Of a stretch of DNA of 64,000 nucleotides, positions 63,701 through 64,000 are shown piece after piece. The DNA is from Paragordius varius. Lineage: Eukaryota > Animalia > Nematomorpha. The translations under genes were made by a program, and so were the position numbers. How positions within the stretch are numbered: position 1 is the first letter of the stretch; the number at the start of each line of letters is the position of its first letter. The notes below the pieces were generated by a model. It was not told where the DNA came from and made no database searches. It saw only the letters and a list, made by a program, of their open reading frames with translations. The DNA is taken from NCBI GenBank assembly GCA_964247055.1, contig OZ176055.1, positions 7,626,001 to 7,690,000 on the forward strand. The letters run 5' to 3'.

Positions 63701-64000
63701 TCAAACATTGGACTGCAAAAACCACTGTTTATTTTAACAACTTTTGCTAGTTCATTGCCAAAATCGGAAAGATATATCAGAAAATATGTTTGAACTTAAA
63801 TTTCGTAAATTTGGAATTTAAAATCTCTCGCAGGCTTCATAAATATTTTCCCGCGTGTTAATCCCCCCTGGCCTAGATTTATAATGCCTTGTCTCCCGAT
63901 AATTAATAGGTTACTTTGGAACTCATAATAAATTTTTTTACATGGTGGTTCCAAAATATTCAATGTTTTTTTTGTCAAAAAAGAATATTTATATAGCCAT

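Overview
This is very AT-rich animal (invertebrate metazoan) genomic DNA with many short spliceosomal introns, some only 24-27 bp. It is not prokaryotic, and the ORF track mostly shows exon fragments. Manual splicing gives five genes. (1) 3' end of an unidentified gene (+, to 1065). (2) An eyes shut (EYS)-like EGF/laminin-G secreted protein (+, 4532-13861) carrying five unusual 4-cysteine EGF modules. (3) A signal-peptide protein with about 5 Cys-patterned modules, an ShKT domain, a long low-complexity stalk and a GPI-type C-terminus (-, 22151-31301). (4) A secreted protein of more than 30 exons, built largely from symmetric phase-1 micro-exons of 9-66 nt. It has a propeptide ending RVKR, exon-duplicated acidic repeats, a Gly/Ala hydrophobic segment and a C-terminal beta-rich domain (+, 39783-57599), and is the most novel-looking object here. 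(5) The 3' part of a PACS homolog (-, 59488 to beyond 63539). Introns and intergenic DNA hold a Buster/Charlie-type hAT with intact TSD plus MITEs, a Mos1-like mariner relic, a Helentron/HINE-like element, an ~880 bp foldback and LINE relics. All gene models are hand-spliced and need RNA-seq confirmation. The species cannot be determined from this window.
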